This document shows positions 24,759 through 36,694 of a stretch of DNA of 64,000 nt, in pieces. The position numbers and the translations under genes were made by a program. How positions within the stretch are numbered: the first letter of the stretch is position 1; each line of letters begins with the position of its first letter. The notes below the pieces were generated by a model that saw only the letters and a program-made list of their open reading frames with translations, did no database searches and was not told the DNA's origin. The stretch covers positions 1-64,000 of the forward strand of contig JALDZX010000059.1 of NCBI GenBank assembly GCA_022813865.1, read 5' to 3'. This stretch comes from Xylographa opegraphella (lineage: Eukaryota).

Positions 24759-27033
24759 ATGTCCGAGGCTCCTGTACACGAGATGCCAGCAGTGGATCCG
24801 GCTGCTATAGAGCCGACATCTACTGCTTCCGAGGCAACGTCGGACCCAATCCGTCCCACCGGCACCAACACTCTGGCACCTGAGAGTCGTTCCGAGATTG
24901 TATCAACTGATGCTTCAGAAGCTAAGGCTGATGCCGTGACCGCACTACCAGGGACTGAGCTGGCAGCGGAACCTACAGCTCCGGTCGAGAACCAGCCCAT
25001 CACTGACGGAATTCTCGGATACAAAGCTCCTGGTCTGCTTAAGTAGGTTCAGCGCGCACGCAGCTAATTATTATTGTTTCCGTTTCCGGTACTGATTATG
25101 GTCAGGGGTCTCCGCTTCTCCAAAAAGTTCTTCTGGTTCGGCAATGACGCCCTTGATGAAAAGTCTTTGGCATTGTATCTCAAGACTGAAAAGCCAGAGA
25201 TCGGACACCACAACTCTGCACACGCATCTCAGACCGGCAAAGGCCTGTTGCTCTTTGCGAAACGTGTTGAAGACAAAACATCGCCTGCAGGTATCCTCAA
25301 CCTGGTACGTCCAAAATTAATTCGCTGCAGGTACCAAGTACAAGGCTGACATGAGGGCATTAGGGCGACGCATCAGACTTGTCTAAAGAAGAATTAACAG
25401 ATTTCTCCTTCAAGCTTCAAGGGCACAAGCACACCTTCCAGGCTGGATCGAAAGCCGAGCGAGACAGCTGGTTTTCAGCTGTGGAGACTACGGCAGCCGA
25501 AGCAAAGACTTCCCGTCCTGCCATGGTCGAAAGTGAGGGATACAAGAACCAGATGAACAAGCTCAGTAAGAAATAGGATGCGTATGACCATGTTCCGAAG
25601 CTAATGCTTGGTCACAGATACACCGGCGGCTGCTCTGGTGCCTGCTGCTGCTGCTGCTAGGTCCACCTCAACAGCGAAGAAGAGCATGGATGTGAAGGTT
25701 CACGATGGAACTCAAGACAATCATATAGCCGCTGCGGAGGCAACCCCAAGAATGAATGACAAAAGCCGGTCTCAATCTCGAAAGAGGCAGAGCCTCTTTG
25801 GCAAGGTACTTGGTAAAAAAGACGAAAGCGAAGAGAAGAAAGAGATTAAGAAAGAAGAAAAGGCCGAGAAGGGAGAAGAGAGGAAGGAAATTAAGCCTGA
25901 AGAAATTCCTGAGAAGGCCGAGCTCATCGAGGAAACGAGAGAAGCTAAGCACGGTGATGTCATTGCCGGAACATCCACCTTTGATGCTGCTGCTGTCGGT
26001 AAGTAATAGGTTTTTGGAGCTCAAACATACGTCTAACATGAGATATCATAGCTGCCCGTGTAATAGGAGAACCTGTAGTGCCGATCGACGGTACGAAGGG
26101 CGAAGAGTCCGCCGCTCCTATGATATCTCAACCCGTTGCCGCGGAGCAGACTTCTGCCATCGCTCCTGAGGTAGCGGCCAAGCCTACCAAGAGGGGATCT
26201 GTATTTGGGAGTCTTTTTGGCAAGAAAGACGGAGTTAGCCCAAGTCTGGAACGTAGAGACAAGGACATTGTCCCGGCTGTTCCAGCCAAGGATAGTGAGA
26301 CTTTACCCGTAGCCACTGCTGGACCGCATCTGGACCCGACTGTTTTATCCGCTCCGTCGGTAGGCGGCGCCACTACAGAAACGGAGACTGCAGCAACGTC
26401 TCCAGCCGCTAAAGCAATCTCTCCGGGTGAATCCAAGGGAGGAATGTTTGGATTCCTCAAGCAGAAGGAGACCCAGAAAGAAGTTTGTACATCTTAGCTG
26501 CATTGGAAACCTGCACTAATTGTTGATAGGAGAGGAGAGAAGAGAAGAAAGAGATGAAGGCGGAAGTCGGTACAGAAGCAAAAGAGGATACGCCTGTAGT
26601 TGCTGCAGAAACATCAACTATTCCCGGAAGCGGCATTTCACCCCCATCGACCACTGATGTTATGACCCCAGCAACCTCAGAGCCTGTCCTGAAGGAGAAG
26701 CGTAGGCAGTCGTTCTTCGGGAGCCTTGGTGGTAAGAAAGACCGAAAGGTTGATTCATCCTCGGACAACGAGGCAACAGGAGGCAAGCTTGGAGGCATGT
26801 TCCGAAGGGCCAGCCGGTCCACAAAAGCTTCTCAAAGTGCCACAACCGACTCATCTGCTCCGCCGGCTCCTATTGCCAAAGATTTGACAGCGACGACCGA
26901 GGCAGTACCCGAAGCAACTGAGGCTCAAAATCATGTCGCTGGAGAATCAGCATTAGCGGGAGACGCTCATGAATCAAACATGCCTGAGCCGGTCACCAGG
27001 TCTCGGCCAGCAGTGGTTGAAGCGACAGCATAA
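24759..27033 (+). CDS. PH-domain protein of the Meu6-like fungal family with a low-complexity tail, multi-exon
   Basis: GILGYKAPGLLK|GLRFSKKFFWFG..AHASQTGKGLLLFAK..PAGILNL..KHTFQA..ERDSW; repeated KRxSxFG motifs. Confidence 0.8.
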
Positions 27034-28279
27034 AGGACCGCCTCTACAACGCTGTACACGCACAAAAATCCCGCCAGGAATTGGATCTTAATGATCATGT
27101 CATTCTTTATATTTGCTCCGCGGTGTGTGTGGGCAACAGCTGAAGTGGAGGATAAAGAGTTGCTGCTGTTTGATGGGGCTGTTTGCTATGTGTGCACTAG
27201 ATTGGTACCATTTGTGTTTCTGTGGCCTTCCGCATACTCAATACCCCCCACTGTTTTCTTTCCTGATACCCCCAATACCCCGCGCCGTACTTCTTATTCG
27301 AGTGTGTGCACACGGCCACCGGGGCAAGTTCTCTCCATTAATAGCTAATAAAAAGTCTCTTTTGCTATTTGCTACCATCTCAGTCGTTGTAAGTGTTGTG
27401 ACTTGTAGACAAAGTGCGAGACGGAGACAGATCTGCTGCCGAGGATCATACTTCATCCTGTGGACTAAAGTACACAAGATGGATGTGGACGACTACGCAC
27501 ACGTTCATACAGGGTGGATCTGAGATGCGCAACGTGGCCGGTGATACATTAATAAGCCGAGTATCAAGATTATGCCTTAGGTTGGGGTGCCCAAAAGTGG
27601 ACCCTACCAAATAATGGCACATTTACGCTACTGTCAGGATGGCGCTTCTTGTTCTGCTAATCGAATCAAGCGAATCGAATCAAGCGAAAAATCAAGTCTA
27701 GCTTTCCACAGCGGTAACAATTCCACACATCCAGATCACTTGAGATTTTTTGCACCTTGGACCATTGTTAGAACCTCTCAATGCTAGACGGAGTAGGGAG
27801 AGAATAGGGAAGAAAACTTGATTTGCACGAAGATTTGACAGGGGAACGGTCGTTGCGCGTAAAACAGCGGTCTGCCTTGACCACTCACTCCCTCCGTAAG
27901 GTACTGTGTGGTCCCTTCACCACCACTGCCTGGCCGATGTTCGGCAATCCATCCAATCACAGGGAGCGCGATGGGTGGGGCAGTAAGGGCCTTGGCGCGC
28001 CTTTCTCAGCTGACCCGAGGCTGCGCAACAGACCACGTCGCCCGTGCGGATCGCTGGCCAAGCACCAAGACAGGTATTCGCTCCACGTTCGCTGACACAG
28101 GCGACCGTCCTACGTGTATCTGTAGCTGTGAAGGCCGAAGCACAGTACTGATATTGATGGCCGACGGTGGGTGCTACCAGAATTACTGCTACCTGCTCCG
28201 AGTCCGTACACGCATTGTACTGTATTGGCTGCGCAGCCAGTTCCGTGCCTCGATGAGGGCCGAGCCAGTAAGCTGCGAG

Positions 28280-28288
28280 GTGACTCAT
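28280..28288. promoter_or_regulatory. Gcn4/CpcA recognition element upstream of CPC1 (candidate autoregulatory site)
   Basis: GTGACTCAT about 600 bp upstream of uORF1. Confidence 0.55.
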
Positions 28289-28877
28289 AGTTAGCGCCAC
28301 GGGCGCGAGGATCCCCCTGCCGTATCGGAATACAGTACGGAATCGCGTCTTTTAAATAAGGCTAAGGTACGGTTTCCCCAAGCACTTGCTCATACACGGC
28401 ACAGAGAGCTTACAATACCTAACGCATTGCTGGCTTCCACATGGTCGAGCGAGACGCTAGCGCGATGCAGATTTTCTATATGCTGATATGTTGCTGGAGC
28501 ATAGATAGGGAATCGAGAGATGCTGGTAAGAGTCGGCATGGAAGCACGGAATTCCACGGTTTATGCATGCAAACACGTCCGCAGCTGACGTGCCCGGCCT
28601 CCTCGTGGGTGCGGACTGACGGTCGTACGTAAAGGTATGCTCAAAGATATGGTAAGCGAGTCGTGCCGACCCTTGTCCGTATTCTCTGGGTCCTAGGGTA
28701 TCGAGGCCGTACTACGGCTACGCGGTAGATACCGTAAATACGTTAGCTCATGTCAGGCTGGATTTCATCGCACAACTTCAAATAGACTCAGGCAGCCGTT
28801 CTTCCCCCTCCTTCTTACAACCTCATCGTCTCACCCACACAAACAAGAACACCGACATAGAAGACTTCCATCACAGC

Positions 28878-28892
28878 ATGGACGCCTTCTAA
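28878..28892 (+). promoter_or_regulatory. CPC1 uORF1 (MDAF*)
   Basis: ATG GAC GCC TTC TAA in good context, the first AUG of the CT-rich leader. Matches the known two-uORF cpc-1/cpcA architecture. Confidence 0.85.
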
Positions 28893-29110
28893 GTCAAGCT
28901 TCCCACTACTCCACCTCTATCGTCCACTTCCGGCAAGATAGATCTCGACAGCTTCACGCTTCCCAACCCCACTCCATTATTTACCCCTCAAGTTTCAGAG
29001 CCTTCGGTACCTCTGATTCAGTCTACTACTTCACGTAGTTTCGGTTCCCGCTTCACAGCAACCATTCCACCACACGACCCCCAGTCGTTCACCACGGATA
29101 CCAACCAGAC

Positions 29111-29266
29111 ATGGCTTACCCAACCCTCGTCCCCGCGTCCTACGCAGCAACCATCGCACGTTCAAACTCCGCAGGCAGACTTCGTGCTCTTCCCTACGCC
29201 AAGGGACATCCGCTCGGCTCGCCCATCAGTCGAGCGCGTGCCGGTGACGTCCAATTCTCACCCTAA
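29111..29266 (+). promoter_or_regulatory. CPC1 uORF2 (51 aa, MAYPTLVPASYAATIARS...)
   Basis: The second and only other AUG in the leader, out of frame with the main ORF. Confidence 0.85.
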
Positions 29267-29672
29267 TCAGTGCCTCAGTTCGACCTCTCGAGGTTACCAA
29301 GAGCACTGTCATCGCCGTAACTCTACTCAGCAACTCCAAGTGCAGACTTCTGTATCGCCCTACCAGAATCCACGAGTGAGGAACAGCGTCCACGGTACTG
29401 GACCCAGCACTCCGTCTCAACGTTTTAGTCCCAACGGTCAGCATCACTTGCAGCACAATTTCTACGCGTCCTCGGCGCCTTCGTCTTCGACTGTACTTCC
29501 ATCTAAGCTATCTCATCGTCAACGTCCTCCGGTTCCAATATTTCCCAGCAATAAAACTGGGAAACCTTCTGAAGACAATCGCCCCCTGCTTTTCGGCCAT
29601 TCACCAGACGGTACTGACTCATCTACTCTACGCTTTGACTCTTGCGAAAGACTAACAAGCATCACCACAGGT

Positions 29673-30422
29673 ATGGCTGACATCAATTATGACTTCTCCC
29701 TCGGTGAGTATGTCTCGGACTTCTTGCCATTCGAGGACTCAACGACCTCTCCCGTCCTAGATTTTCCCACATCCTCCTTCAGACCAATAAACGACTCAGC
29801 TTTGACGCACCCACAAGGTGATTCGCACACTGTGTCTCCCCAAGACCTTTGGTTAGAAAACCCATCCGCACCGCCATCATCGGCTCTTACTTTCTTGTCC
29901 ACTCCTCAATACTCTGACATGGACGCATCACCAGATTACAGTAACAATACTTCGCCTTTATATGCACAGGACAACAACATTGCTGGCGACTTCGATTTCA
30001 TGGGATCGCGTTTCAATGAAGACACCCAGTTGATGATTGCACCCCTCGAGGATCTACCAAATGTTCCGCCTCTAACAGAGTCGTTCGTCGTCAACAGCAT
30101 CGAGACGATTCCTGCGCCTCCCATGTCCCGTAATCAGTCGTCTTCAGAACAACTGTCATCTCGTGATTCCACTACAGGTCGACACGCTTCCGTGGCTGGT
30201 GTAAATGCCAGGAAGAGAGACAAGCCACTACCGGAGATCAAGGTTGACGACCCGAATGACACGGTCGCGGTTAAGCGTGCCCGGAACACTGCTGCCGCAC
30301 GAAAGTCGCGCGCAAAGAAGATGGAAAACATTGATAAGATGGCAGCGGAAATCCGGAAACTCGAGTTGGAGGTGGAAAGATGGAAAAAGATTGCCCTTGA
30401 TCGGACCGGTGGCATCCAGTGA
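29673..30422 (+). CDS. CPC1: Cross-pathway control bZIP factor Cpc1/CpcA/Gcn4 (AUG-initiated form; non-AUG extension possible from about 28893)
   Basis: TVSPQDL..SAPPSSALTFLSTP; RKRDKPLPEIKVDDPNDTVAVKRARNTAAARKSRAKK..LELEVERWK. A 60-nt intron at 29611-29670 lies just upstream of the ATG. Confidence 0.95.
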   Translation: MADINYDFSLGEYVSDFLPFEDSTTSPVLDFPTSSFRPINDSALTHPQGDSHTVSPQDLWLENPSAPPSSALTFLSTPQYSDMDASPDYSNNTSPLYAQDNNIAGDFDFMGSRFNEDTQLMIAPLEDLPNVPPLTESFVVNSIETIPAPPMSRNQSSSEQLSSRDSTTGRHASVAGVNARKRDKPLPEIKVDDPNDTVAVKRARNTAAARKSRAKKMENIDKMAAEIRKLELEVERWKKIALDRTGGIQ

Positions 30423-31783
30423 AGTCCGATGGACGGAACGATGATTATGGTTTGTTTGGCTTGAGTTGTGTGTGTATGTGTATGAGGGTTGGGTCAGCAA
30501 CGACTCAAATCACCCAGGGCGACCTGATGATGGGACCTAACTCGGAGAGTATGGCGAATTGGTACCGGCTGAGGATGACGAGTTGAAAAATTTCTTACTC
30601 TTTCATTTGTTTGCAACGCCGTTGGCTGCTGCGCATCTTTAGACCTGGCCATCGTCGTTCTTGTGCTGGCTTCGGTCAGTATCAGCGCTGCGAGTGTCTT
30701 TGGTTGGCTTGTGTATGGGGATTAAATGCGACCTTTACTTCTATTTGCCGGTTCTGATGTCGCCCCCCTTAAGGGTTTGACTCGTGGCACATTTATTGAT
30801 TAGAATTGCTCGCTTGCGTTATGTATGCTATCTCTTTTCGGAATTAGAACATCCAATACACTCCTTAAGCCTGAGCATTCACATATACTGTCTAGCAATA
30901 TCTGGTGTTTGTTGTGGACTCCCGGAACCGGACATCTACTTTCGCTCCTTACTCTTCACATTCAACTTATAATGTTCAAGGAGATACCGATACCACTAAG
31001 ACCGTGACTACTCCACAGCTTGACACGTTCTGTAATTACGTAATAGGTACGTATTTGAGCACGAGGGGTTCAGGGACATGGGCTCCGGGTATATTTCTAC
31101 AGGATACAGCAGTATTGATTTAGTTTATGCCCTCTAATGACTTGAAAGTCTTGAATTGCTTGATCCAATTACCGCCACCTGTAGACCTACAACGATGAAT
31201 TCAGCATATACACGATGACCGTCCGACCCGCACCTGTTATGCTTCCTTGGAGCGATGGGGGGACGATGACCAATTGTCGCCCTTGCCAATGCACAGTATA
31301 GCCTCTCTTCACATCCCAGCTCCCACCAATCTTCCTCATCATGCATCGACCGTTCATCAGCCAAACCAAGTCTTTGACCTCTTACGGACATGGTCCTTGG
31401 CTGCTCCGTCTCCAGTTCTAATATGTGCTGGCAGCAATCGCGACTGTGGTTTGCAACAGTCCAGTAACATCGGATCGTCGAACAAATAGAAAGATATAAC
31501 AGTGCGCTGGTGAGCATGGAGGTTGTGGAGGCGAAAGCGACGGAGGCGTCGAAAGGGCAAGCAGCGAGCAGACGATATGTGCGACCGTCATATACCTGTC
31601 CTTAGGCTTCAGCAAGCATGGGTACTGCGAACGTGTTGAAACATTCTTCCACTTTAGACTTTCTACCAATATATAAAACATAATAGAATAAGTATACAAG
31701 GCCGTCATAAATCGTTGTAGCAGAGTGCCTGGCCTCTCCACTAGGCCATTACCGGGTTTCAAGAGTGTATGCACCAAAAGGAG

Positions 31784-34700
31784 TCATACTCGTCTAGCCC
31801 TCGGTCCAGCATCTGGAAATAGTACCGCCACAGCCTCATCTAGCAGCCGAAACGCCAAGTGAGTGTTCAACCGTGCATTGTTAGCCGTTGCAAATATCCG
31901 CCTACTCGCCGCCTGAGCGTTAGCTCTACCGACAACATTTCCTGCTAGATCAGGAATCAGTGTCGCCAGCATGACACTGGCCTCGCGCCGGCTGATGGCC
32001 TTTTCACCTTCTGTTCTCGGTTTTCTATCCCGCTGCAGATTTCCATTGGGCCACATGCTATCCTTGACGATGCGGATGTATTTCAGAAGATTCAGATCGG
32101 AAAGGAGGAATTTGAGGTTCTCGCGTACTTTGCGCTCCACTGTTCCTCCAAGAAGCTGATGGAGTACCACAACCACGGCACGACCTCGGAGCCAATTCTG
32201 GCCACGGTTGAGCTCAAATGTCTCAAGGAATATATCGCATATGGGTTTTACAAAAGGCTCCAATTCGCGATTCTCAAAGGCCTCGAGCTCGGCTTGGGCT
32301 TCTGCAGTGGACACTGTAACTTGGCTGTCATTCACAACTGTGCTGGGCAAGTTGTTGTATTGACTCGTAGCTGCTGAGATGAGATTCTGACCTGCAATAG
32401 ATAGTTGATCGAGCACAGTTATGTTCCCGAGAAACTCATCCATGCCGTCGGTGACCGAGTTGTATATTCGAGAGACAATATCTCGCCGTTCGCTGTCGCG
32501 ACCGAGTTTATGAGTGGAGATTATGGCCTGCTGAGAGAGGAAAGCACGAAGATCACGGGATCTGCAGACAGCGGGAAGGCGAAGAAGCTCCCTGAGATAA
32601 TTCTCCAATGAGACACGACGCTTATGAAGAAACTCTCGTTGTAGTTTGAGTACAAGCCGGCGACGTGGAAAGTCCAGGTTCCGAACTGTAGGATAAACAT
32701 TCCGCAGCCGCTGATGAAGCTCATGAAACTCACTATACCGACGTGCTACGGCCCATGAGGCTGCTGACATGTGCTCTCCAGCTTTTCGTTGCACTTCAAT
32801 GACGTACAAAGCGAATTCTTGGCCGTCCGGTTCTTTACCAACCATAATGGACTTGATATCCACGCTCGCCCGTCCATAAAGACTGTTATCACTTTCCTGA
32901 ACTATGTATTGCTGTCGCTGTAATTCTTTTCGACGAATTTCGCGCTGTAAGCTTGCCTTTGACTTTCCAAGGATCCGTAATTCAGCAACATTGTTTGTAA
33001 GCTCTGCTTTTCTGGTCAGCGTATCGACAACGGATTCTTGTGCAACCAGTCTTTCGATATCAATCGTCAGGGTAGATATAGCTTCCGCTAGCCCGAGATC
33101 CCCAGGAGCGGCCTCGTGAATTTCATCTTGAAGTTCTTTATCCTCCACGAATTCCTCAGGATCTGAATGTTCATCCTCGTTGAATTTTTCTTCATCACCA
33201 AACAAGTCGTCATCATGAAACACGCCGATACGGGACGACGTATTCACTAAGCCCAGCGAAGCCAGGTTGGGTCGCTCCCGCTCCTTTTCAGACAGCGGGA
33301 TATCAAGGCTCTTGAGTTCCGGCAGAACGTGTGGACTATGACTTCCTTCTCTGAATATTGAATCCTGTTCGTGTGGATCCAGTAGCGAGTCTCTCCTGTC
33401 ATCCTCCTGCGAACCGTCGGTCATGATATTGTTTAGTGCTGCTTCCATGGCCTGAACGACCTGAGCCTGGTTGTCATTGGAGTGGTCATCGTTCAGTGAT
33501 TCCGCATCCAAGCTGTGAGTGGACTGTGCGAGAGTTTCAGGCTCTATATCTTCATCGAAGAGCGGCGCAGAGGGACTAATATCGAAGGATCGGCGCAGAC
33601 TCTGGGATGTGTTATCAGTCGAAGCTTTGACGGGTGATCGGAGGTCACTGGAGGAAGTAGCATTTCTTCGCAGATCGAAGGTTGGCCCAACTAGGCGTGG
33701 CGCCTGAAGTGGTTGAGCGGGGGAAATTGCAGGTAATTCCGATTTTGATAAGTCGTACGGACTCTTCGGAGCCTTCGATACATCTTGGCGCGCTGCCTTA
33801 GTGGAGCTGTCATCAGAAGTTAGGTACTTGTAGTACAAGTCTGACTTCTGGAAATTTCGAAAATGAATTTCTTGCATCTCCTCAAGCACCATTGACTGTA
33901 TTCGAAGGATAACACTTCGAGCTTGTGCGTAATGATTCAGCGTTGCATTTTGACCGGCCTTGAGAAAGGAACGGACCGCCTCGCGAGAAATTTCTGGTAC
34001 TTTCAGTTCTGGTTTTGACAGATAAGCTTCCGCAATCTGAGCAATATCCTGACGATCCGACTCCGTCCATTGGGTATCTGTCGTGGTAACACCCTCTAGC
34101 ATATCATCTTCGAGAGGATTGCGAAATCCATCAACGACTACCCAAAACTGAACAAGAGTCATGAGTCGTTGTCTATCCATGTACTCCATAAAATAAGAAA
34201 GGCCAGAAGCGTTGTGTAACACCTCTTGTAACGAAGCATCCGTTGTTCGAGAGAAAACCCGGCCATTGCTAAAGTCTGATTGCGCAAGGCCAGAGTTCGA
34301 GGAGCCGCCGACAGCACTAAGCTTAGCAACCCGCTGATCTAGTATCCGCTTGCCGGTTTCCAGACGCCTTAAATAGATGTGATCTTGCCCAGGGAGCATC
34401 GATTCGCGTTTTAGTTGACTCGCGACCTCACTGCGAAACCTTCGAGCATCAGAAAGATTGTTGCACTGACGCATGGCCCGAATGAATCTCTCAAAACGTC
34501 GTTCATCATCATACGGAGACAGCTTAGGAAAGCTGTGTACCTTGGATATTTTGGGAGCTGGTGATGCGTGCTCATCGAGGGCTGCTCGTAACTTTTGGAC
34601 CGTCTTACGATCTTGCAACATAGTGCGGCCCTAGAGAGACGTCAACATCGAGGCAAAAAGCCATGACAAAAGAACCCACATATGCTTCCATAGACTGGTT

Positions 34701-35537
34701 CCAAGTATCTGGGTCCGAAAGTATTTGCATGACTGGTGTCAGAACACCACAAGAGACCACCTCCTTGATCAATACTGAGACAGCCCGGCTTCTAATCATG
34801 CTTTCAGATAAAACTTCCGGCATAAGCCTCACAACCAATTTTCGCATATACTCCTGCTGCGCCATTTTGGTATCGGAGAATGCCAGTGAAGCTGCAGGAT
34901 GCAGTTTTCCATCCTTATACTTTGCTGCAATCGCGAGATCAAGCTCCTCCGATTCGGTAACATTTCTATTAAGCTTCTTGCCTCGGACGGCATGCTCGGC
35001 ATCGTAGAAGTCCTTCAAATGAGACGTAACAATAGGCACAAAACGTGATACCATAACTTCGACCATATCGTGTGCTTCCAGTCTGCTCTTAATTCCGAGC
35101 AGTACTACCCGTAGTGCATCATCTATCTCGTTCGGGAAGTTTGGCCGTCGGGTAATATTCCCATACCAGGACGTGACGAAATCTCGGATGACCCATTCCA
35201 GCAAGCCATCGAGACTATCAGACACCACGAAAGACGAAGGAAAGAGAGGCTTGCGCTTGTAACCCGCTTTTGTCGCTAGCCACGCTGTTTCCGCTTCCCA
35301 CGCTTCCTGCTCGATAACTGCGATTGTGCAGGGTGCTTGCAATGCAGAAGGTGCTCCATTAGTTCGTCGCTTCACAGTTACTATATTCACGAAAAGTATA
35401 GCGAAACCTGAGATCGCAGCGCCGGTGACAAAGGCGTATCCGAGATAACGCAACACGGGTACCCAATGCGTGAGAAAGCCCCAGGATACGAAGGCGAGTA
35501 CTGCTGCTATGGCTACATCCCGATGCGATAGAGCCAT
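31784..35537 (-). CDS. MDM1: PXA-RGS-PX-PXC sorting nexin Mdm1/SNX13-like, 2 exons
   Basis: N-terminal transmembrane segments; PXA IRDFVTSWY; RGS SGLSYFMEYMDR..LVQFW; PX VARRYSEFHELHQRL; PXC FELNRGQNWLRGRA. Intron about 34632-34679. Confidence 0.93.
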
Positions 35538-36261
35538 GCTCCGGTAATTGTGAGGATTCGCCGTCGACGCATGGTTGTGCTAATGGGTTGGATGTGGTAG
35601 GATGGTACTCCGTATTGGGCTGATAAATGGGTTTTCATTCGACATCAAGTGCCAAGACGACAAGCATGTGCCTGCCAAGCCACTAACTTCCGAATCCATT
35701 CACTTTACCCTCAGCCCCTTCACACACGCCTCGAGATATCAATGGTGCAAATGGTCCGCATGGAGTAGTATTGTTTCCGTACACGACTTGTGGTCATTGT
35801 ACATACAAAGGCGGATCGGAACGCATATCTCTGAATACCATCTCATGGTCGGAAAGCACAAGCAGGCGGGTTGCCACGCACGCTGCCTGGCGTGCAATTC
35901 TCAATCTCCTTCCCTTGTCCCCAGTCCTCATCCTTCTTTTACCTTTTCTCTGCTGTTTCCCAGCTACTGTTGCTTCTCCTTCTCCACATTTCAAGAGTTG
36001 TACAAGTAAGGCCGCTTTCCGGTTGGGAAGCTTCATGGCCGGAATACGGCGATAGCTGCGAACCAGGTTGACAATCTAGGGACGACGGAGGCTTTCCTAA
36101 GCTACTTGTGAGTACGCTTGCAGACCATGTGTGGTGAATCAGCTTCAGAGCTCGGCACCATCGGGTAAACCACCGAAGCACGGATGATTGTCTTGTTAAG
36201 ATAGTGACCTATCAAGCTCTTGGGTCTGCCTGCCGCTATTGGATCTGCCACAGTTGCTGGC

Positions 36262-36694
36262 ATGGTCGGTATGTGGACTCAGCTCTATGAGTCACCCGTT
36301 TTTTTCAATTGCTGCGACTAGTGCTTTGGATCATCCATAATATATGGTCAGCACTTTCTCTGTCTCAATGACGCGCACAAGTCCGCATCACAGTATTCTG
36401 ACTCACAGACCAAGCATAACTTAGGCGTTATTTGGAAAGCTGCTTATGATACTCAGCACACTTTTCCCTTTCATAATGTCTTTGGCTGCTGTTTTATTGC
36501 AGGTATGACATAGTCCCTGGAGCGTGGTACTCAAGCTCTCGAAAGCAAAAACGGATCAACCAAATTCTTTAATCTGCGCGCATGGGGCACTGTGAATGCG
36601 GTGAATACTCTCTTGTAGTCGCTCGCAAGGTATGCTAGCGAGCTGGAAATACTAGCTGACGGGACTGATACTAAATCTGATGTCTGATTAGTGA
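36262..36694 (+). CDS. Candidate spliced 32-aa micropeptide MVGVIWKAAYDTQHTFPFHNVFGCCFIAVARK (or non-coding intron-host transcript)
   Basis: Five canonical donors (36006, 36108, 36269, 36503, 36630) with matching acceptors. Coding pieces 7+78+11 nt = 96 nt are followed immediately by TGA. The ATG is the first AUG after a CT-rich leader, in ggcATGg context. Confidence 0.5.
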
